The notes under the pieces: generated by a model
Told to the model about the DNA's origin: nothing
What the model saw: the letters and a program-made list of their open reading frames with translations, nothing else
Database searches by the model: none
In this document: piece by piece, positions 58,196 through 64,000 of the stretch
Layout of the letters: every line of letters begins with the position of its first letter
Position numbering within the stretch: the first letter of the stretch is position 1
Source: an uncultured Clostridia bacterium
GTDB lineage: Bacteria > Bacillota > Clostridia > TANB77 > CAG-508
Assembly (NCBI GenBank): GCA_910589185.1
Contig: CAJUSU010000002.1
Coordinates: forward strand, 1,831 to 65,830
DNA: 64,000 bases
Direction: 5' to 3'
Program-made: the position numbers and the translations under genes

Positions 58196-60863
58196 GTGAG
58201 GCAATTGAATGACGAAGAAAAACAAAAAGATAGTTTAGGAGACAAACTAAAACAAGCAGGAAAAGAAGAAGCAAAAAATAAAGCAAAATCCACAATTAAA
58301 AAACTTTTAATCAAAGCAATACCATTTATTGCCATAATTTTAGTAGGGCTTATGGTAGCATCTTGCCTTATTGCTTTAGTAAATATTATTAAAGAAACAG
58401 CACAAGGAATTATTAATGCCATTGTAGACTTCTTTAAAGGACCTCAAACTATAATCGAAATTAGTGATGAACAATTAGATCAACTCATAGCCGTCATAGA
58501 GGCTACGGGAATAGACTTAGAAGACCTGGAATTGCTGCGGCGATATTGATTATGAAGTACCAGACAGAGAAGAGGAAATAAAAAAAGCAAAAAGAAAATA
58601 TATTAGAATGTTTTTCGAAGCACAAATTATGACACAAGAATTAAAAAGAGGAAATGATCATTTAGACAAACAAGGACGTGTATTCCTGTATCCAGAATCA
58701 ACATTAGGACAAGAAAATCTTACACCATATCAAACTCTAACTTATCTTAAGTACCAATCAGATGATGCAAATGAAAATACATTCAAAAAGAAATTAGAAG
58801 CAAACGCAAAAGATATACAAAATTATTTCTCTGTAAATGATAATGGAGAGCTAGTTTTAGCAACTTTGCAAACAACAGTAGTCAAAACAGAAAGTAAAAC
58901 AGATGGAGATTGGTTTGCTGATAAAGATACTACTACAACTTATTTTGCAACAGAAGTAACCGTAGATTACAAAAGTATGATTTCACAATATGCAACACCA
59001 ATGAACTTCTTTTTAGAATTAGGAATGGTAGTGAGAAATCCAGAATTTTTAGCAGCAGTGGTAGATTTAGTAAAGACTAAAACGAATATACAATTAACAG
59101 TTTTAAATACAACATCAGTAGATGTTACCACACAAGTAGACAAAACAACTAATCATGTTCGTACAAGAATAATTGTTACAGACCCAACAGGTCAAGCACC
59201 AGACACACCGATGGAGACTAGTTCGGATAAAACAACGACAACAACAACTACTACAACAGTAACAACCGTTTCACCAGTAGTTAGAGTAACTTCAGTAGAT
59301 ACGTGGTTATGCAGTCAGAAAATTACATATAGTAAAATTCCAGGAACAGCAATAGAAGACAATTATCTCATTCCACAAGAAAGTGAAGATCCAAAATCAT
59401 TAGGGGATGACGACACAGTGGAAGAATCAGTTTCTTGGATAACAAGAGAGGATTCCACTGTACATACTTCAATTACTAGCGATACATATGATTCTGGTAT
59501 TGCATCAGACTATACAGATAATACAGACGAATTTATTAAACTATTAGATGTCAAATATAGAATTCCAAACTCAAAAGAAAAGAGAACAGCAGGTGAATAC
59601 TTAAAAACAGATGCAGAACTATTTTTCCAATTATTAAGTCAAAACCCAGAAACACAAGGTATGGAATTAGTCATGAGGTATATTATGCAGAAATATACTG
59701 GCAAAGACTACGGTGCAGAAGATTTTAATTTTAATATGTTTGATGTACGTGATTTCCAAAATATTTTATCAGGAGGAGTACTTAGCAACTATATTAAAGC
59801 TTGGGAAAATTTAGCACTATGGAAATATGAAGTAGGAGAAAGCACAACACCGCCTACAAAGTATATTACAACAAAAGACGGAGAGCAATATTATATTGTA
59901 TATGAAGATGGTAGTGCAGGACATAACAATGTTGCTTACGGAATTGCAACTTATATATCCAATAGCAGTAATGCAAAAGAAAATCACCCAAAGTATGGAG
60001 TAGGGTACTATAACTGGGAAACGGATTTTTTGGCCTATGGAGTAAATGTAAGAACATTAAATACAGGAGATTTAGTAAGTAAAGAAAGTGCAATGGCAGT
60101 ATTTGCACTAGTTTTACAAGGATTTGAAACGAAAGTAGATACTTATTTGAGCAATAATGGGATTAGTTTAGAACAATCACAAAGAGATGCATTAGTAGCA
60201 GTATGCTACCAATATGGAAACATTGGAAACTTTGCAGAAGCATATAGGCGATATGGAAATACAGAAGCATTAAAAACTGCTTTTAAAACAGCGAGTGGAG
60301 CACAACCTTTTAATGGTAGTACAGATAGAAAAAATGCGAATTGGCAACTATTTTATACTGGAAAATACTATACAAAAGAAGGAAACGAAATATCATCAGG
60401 TATTCTAGGAATAGCTGACCAAATACACAAATATATGGAGCAAAATAACTATTCATATTGTGTATATGGAAGTAATCGTTACGAAGAGTGCGGTAAATTA
60501 GGAAAATCGCATGCACTAAGTACCACTTTTGAGGCATCTAAAACCAATAAAAATACATGTTGTGCTACTTATGTATCATGGGTTTTACAAGAAGCTGGAT
60601 ATTTTACAGCGGCTGATCATACAAATGGTGCTACTACTATGAGCAACAAGTTAAGAGCAAAGGGATGGAAAGTGATAACCAATTCTTCTGAACTTCAACC
60701 AGGAGATGTTGTTTATTTTGGTTATGGACATGTTGAAATTTATGCAGGAGATGGTAAAGTATATAATGCAGGAAGTGGTAACTCTATAAGAGGAGTATCA
60801 CCAGCAACAGACAATGGTATCTATGGTTCGAATTTTACATGTGGATTTAGACCACAAAATTAA
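58196..60863 (+). pseudogene. Bifunctional T4SS cell-wall hydrolase (lysozyme-like plus NlpC/P60 domains); one frame break
   Basis: Track ORFs 58196-58549 and 58608-60863 join if C58538 is removed (...DLELLGDIDYEVPDREEEIKKAK...). N-terminal TM segment. Poly-Thr linker (nt ~59225-59280). Phage-lysozyme-like block SQRDALVAVCYQYGNIG. NlpC/P60-like CCATYVSWVLQEAGY...GHVEIYAG. Restored length 888 aa. Confidence 0.75.
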
Positions 60864-60885
60864 GCTAATGAGGAGATTTATCAAT

Positions 60886-62262
60886 ATGAAAAATATGAAA
60901 AAAATGATAATAGTAATAGCCATATGCATTGCCATAGTTGCAATAGCTCTCCTTATTTTACTGCAATATGCAAAATCGAATGAAAATGATCCAAGCAAAG
61001 AAATATTTGAGGTAGGGCATGAAACAACAGAAGAAGTAAATAGAACTTATACAAAATTAACTTTAACAAATGACTATTTTAGAGTAAAAGAAATTGTAGA
61101 TCGATATTATAGCAATATTGCAACCATGAATGGCGAGGGAGAAGAAATAATTGAATATGAAGTAGAAGATGAAGAATACGGAGCAGAAGGAATGAACTTA
61201 CAAACATATAAGAAGCAAGAGCAAGAACAGGCTCAAAAAGCCTTATATGCTATGTTAGGAAATGAATATATTCAAGAATTTCAAATAACACAGAGCAACT
61301 TAAAAGAGAAATTAAGTCAAGATGTGAGTGAAGAAATATTATTAAAAAATATTTATATATTAGAAAATTCATTATTTGTAAGTTCTTATTATATTTATGG
61401 AGAAAAATTACAGCAAGGAAAGATGACGGAATTTTCAATGTTAATTAGTATAGATTCTAAAAATGAAACCTTTGCTATCTATTTAGAAGACTATATGAAA
61501 ACACATGATTTGAATTATAAAGAGAATCAAAATGTAGATATCAAAATAGAAAACATAGAAGACAAGAGTTATAATAAAACTAAATATAAATCAATAACAG
61601 ATAACCAAGTAGCAAAAGAGTATTATGACAATTACAAAAAAATGCTAAACTACGATACGAATTTATTATATGAAAAATTAGATAAAGAGTATCAAATAAA
61701 GAAATTCAAAAGTGTAGAAGACTTTAATAATTATATAAAGACAAATAAACAAATTTTACAAAGTAGAAATATTACACAATATAACAAGATAAATCGTGGA
61801 AATTATACGCAATATATATGCTTAGATCAGACAGGGAAAATGATTGCATTTAATGCTAATTCTTTAACAGAATATAGTGTTATTTTAGATACGTATACCA
61901 TTGATTTGTCAGAATTTACAACGAAATACGCTAACGCAACAGAAGAAGATAGAGTACTTATGAATATTCAGAAAGTATTTGAAGCAATCAATGATGGTGA
62001 TTATAAATACGTATATGATAAATTAGATGAAACATTCAAAAGCAATAACTTCAGGACACAATCAGAGTTCCAGGAATATGCAAAGAAAAACTTTTTTGTA
62101 CAAAATAAATTAGCAGCAGGAAAGGCAGAAAAGCAAGGAAACCTTTATTTATATGATATTACAATAAGTGATGCAACAGGAAAAGAAACTAGTGCAAAGA
62201 AAAAGAATTTTGTTATGCAATTAAAAGAAGGTACAGACTTTGTAATGTCCTTTGGAATTTAA
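60886..62262 (+). CDS. Membrane-anchored protein with repeated NTF2-like modules (possible TcpC/VirB8-like)
   Basis: ATG 60886, then the TM segment IIVIAICIAIVAIALLILL. Repeated Y..L.....F.S.E.F..Y-type modules similar to ORF 57225-58175. Confidence 0.35.
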   Translation: MKNMKKMIIVIAICIAIVAIALLILLQYAKSNENDPSKEIFEVGHETTEEVNRTYTKLTLTNDYFRVKEIVDRYYSNIATMNGEGEEIIEYEVEDEEYGAEGMNLQTYKKQEQEQAQKALYAMLGNEYIQEFQITQSNLKEKLSQDVSEEILLKNIYILENSLFVSSYYIYGEKLQQGKMTEFSMLISIDSKNETFAIYLEDYMKTHDLNYKENQNVDIKIENIEDKSYNKTKYKSITDNQVAKEYYDNYKKMLNYDTNLLYEKLDKEYQIKKFKSVEDFNNYIKTNKQILQSRNITQYNKINRGNYTQYICLDQTGKMIAFNANSLTEYSVILDTYTIDLSEFTTKYANATEEDRVLMNIQKVFEAINDGDYKYVYDKLDETFKSNNFRTQSEFQEYAKKNFFVQNKLAAGKAEKQGNLYLYDITISDATGKETSAKKKNFVMQLKEGTDFVMSFGI

Positions 62263-62274
62263 GGAGGCGAGGAA

Positions 62275-63612
62275 ATGCCAGAAAATAAACAACAAGATAC
62301 ATTGAAAAAAATGCTAGAAATAGGAGAACTAATTGAACAAGGAAGAGAAAATGAAGATACACAAGTAGGAACCATCAATTATTACAAAGACTTTATTTTC
62401 CAAGGGAGCAATTTAGCCGAAACCGATATCTTTGTAGCAAAAATAGAAAATACAAAAGAAAATACAAATACATATGAGCTATATTCTGGTAAAACAAATA
62501 CTTTAATTGCTACTGTAGATGAACAAGGAAAATTACATTTCATGCCAGAATATATAGAAAGTTTAAAACAAATTGATGAAGGACTTGCACAAATGCTTCG
62601 TTTAGAAGATCTAGATTTTCAACTTCCAGAGGAGCTAGAAAAAGAAGATAGAGTACTAACAAGAGAAGAAAGAATATATCTTTCTTCTCAAAAAATAAAA
62701 ACAACAAAAGAAGGAAAAGCAAAAGGACAAAACAATGCAGACGGATTAGAAAAAGAAGACCAAGAAAAATCGCCAGAAGAAGACCAAAAACAGCAAATAG
62801 CAAAAGCAAAAAAGGTACCAAGTCATAACATATTAATGATAAGGGAAAATAGCAATTTTTATAAAGATCACCCTAATCTAGAACCAAACCTATACTTCTA
62901 TCGTGATACACAAGGTGTAGTAAAAGCTGAATACATTGACGGTAATGGACAACCTCAGCCTTCCAAATATTTTGAAGCTTCTACTACTTCACTAAGACAA
63001 GAAACCATTAGTATTGGAAATGATGGAAACCCTGTTACTAAAGAAGTACCTCACCAAGTAATGAAAACAAAAGGACTTAATAATGTAGACAAAGATATTA
63101 GAGATATTAGAATTAATATTAAAATTGATAGTTATGGTTATTTAGATATTGAAGAAGCAAGACAAGGACAAAACGGAGATTGGTTATCCCATGATATAGA
63201 AACAAAGGGAAGAAACTATAATTCACATGCAGTCAATCAAACTACTTCTATTCGTACAAGAGCAGCTGATCCAGATAGACAAACAGAGGCATATGAAAAA
63301 GCAGCAAATACAGGACTAAAAGAAGATGGAATAGAATATAGCGAAATGTATTTAATTCAGCATCCAAATGAATTTATCGAAAGTTTAATACAAGAAGGAT
63401 ATCAGAAACCAGAAGCAGTACAGATTTTAAATTATATGGTAGGACAAGAGGGCTTAAACTTAGAACAGGCAAAACAAAGAGTAAATGAAGAAATTGAACA
63501 AGGAAAATTTGAAAAAGAAGAGCAAAAAGAGAAAGAGCCAATAGAGCAAGGAGATGAAGAAGAAGGAAGAACACCTTGGGGAGATGCAGAAGACAGAAGA
63601 AGTAGAAGATAG
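62275..63612 (+). CDS. Hypothetical acidic/lysine-rich protein at the end of the T4SS cluster
   Basis: Intact 445-aa ORF with an AGGAGG RBS. Charged low-complexity stretches. No motif recognised. Confidence 0.4.
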   Translation: MPENKQQDTLKKMLEIGELIEQGRENEDTQVGTINYYKDFIFQGSNLAETDIFVAKIENTKENTNTYELYSGKTNTLIATVDEQGKLHFMPEYIESLKQIDEGLAQMLRLEDLDFQLPEELEKEDRVLTREERIYLSSQKIKTTKEGKAKGQNNADGLEKEDQEKSPEEDQKQQIAKAKKVPSHNILMIRENSNFYKDHPNLEPNLYFYRDTQGVVKAEYIDGNGQPQPSKYFEASTTSLRQETISIGNDGNPVTKEVPHQVMKTKGLNNVDKDIRDIRINIKIDSYGYLDIEEARQGQNGDWLSHDIETKGRNYNSHAVNQTTSIRTRAADPDRQTEAYEKAANTGLKEDGIEYSEMYLIQHPNEFIESLIQEGYQKPEAVQILNYMVGQEGLNLEQAKQRVNEEIEQGKFEKEEQKEKEPIEQGDEEEGRTPWGDAEDRRSRR

Positions 63613-63701
63613 ATAAAGAAGAGAAGCAGCAGAATGAAAAATAAAATAAAATTACGTATAAAAATCACTTTTTAAAATATAATTTAAAAGGTGATTTTTT
63701 T

Positions 63702-64000
63702 ATGATTATAATAAACAAAAAAAGACTAATTGCAATTTCAAGTCTATTACTCATAGCCGTATTTGCCTTCACTTTTCAAAAAGCAGAATTAAATAAGACT
63801 GTACAGACAGTGACACTTCCAGTATCTAATAAAGTAATAGTATTAGACGCAGGACACCGGAAAGCCAGACGAAGGAGCACAATCAAGTAGTGGGACAACA
63901 GAGGCAGAAACAAATTTAAAAATTGCATTAAAAGTACAAAGCTTATTAGAGCAATCAGGAGCAACAGTCATTTTAACTCGTAGTGATGAAAATGCTATTT
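63702..64000 (+). pseudogene. cwlD: N-acetylmuramoyl-L-alanine amidase CwlD (germination-specific), frame-broken and truncated by the window end
   Basis: MIIINKKRLIAISSLLLIAVFAF...KVIVLDAGH, after which the frame breaks. Removing one C at 63857-63858 gives DAGHGKPDEGAQSSSGTTEAETNLKIALKVQSLLEQSGATVILTRSDENAI, the CwlD/Amidase_3 signature. Confidence 0.75.

Overview
This is an AT-rich (~30% GC) window from a Firmicute, probably a spore-forming member of Clostridia (Spo0E-like and CwlD genes are present). It has four parts.

(1) 1-23.1 kb is a defence/mobile-element island:
- A type I R-M operon (hsdS fragment, hsdM, hsdS, hsdR, DUF45 peptidase) with a decayed AbiJ-like gene and an unknown PD-(D/E)xK-type protein nested inside it.
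- A GmrSD-like DUF262/DUF1524 enzyme, a 918-aa SF1 helicase with an unknown N-terminal half, and a Fic protein with a variant motif.
- Decayed mobile-element genes, including tnpV.
- The main candidate for a new system: a 1,728-aa protein fusing an archaeo-eukaryotic primase-polymerase (AEP) domain to a reverse transcriptase, followed by about 1,000 aa of unassigned sequence. A SprT-like zinc protease is co-transcribed with it.

(2) 23.4-42 kb holds comM-dprA-yraN and a complete type I-B CRISPR-Cas locus (cas6-cas8b-cas7-cas5-cas3-cas4-cas1-cas2). Two arrays (11 and 20 repeats) carry duplicated leaders and bracket cysK, a GH25/LysM muramidase and an ABC transporter.

(3) 42-49.3 kb holds housekeeping genes. 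One is an NrdD-like protein that appears to lack both radical sites.

(4) 49.5-63.6 kb is a Gram-positive type IV secretion mating-pair-formation module: three VirB2-like genes, PrgI/VirB3-like, VirB4, VirB6-like, a cell-wall hydrolase and VirB8/TcpC-like proteins. No relaxase, coupling protein or integrase lies in the window. The module sits between a spo0E-like gene and cwlD.

One pattern cuts across parts 2-4. Seven frame disruptions in five otherwise intact genes (comM x3, cas6, VirB6-like, hydrolase, cwlD) are each explained by one extra C immediately 5' of GG. This looks like a systematic sequence artefact or a very specific mutational signature. The lesions in the island pseudogenes are different: nonsense codons and an A-run deletion.
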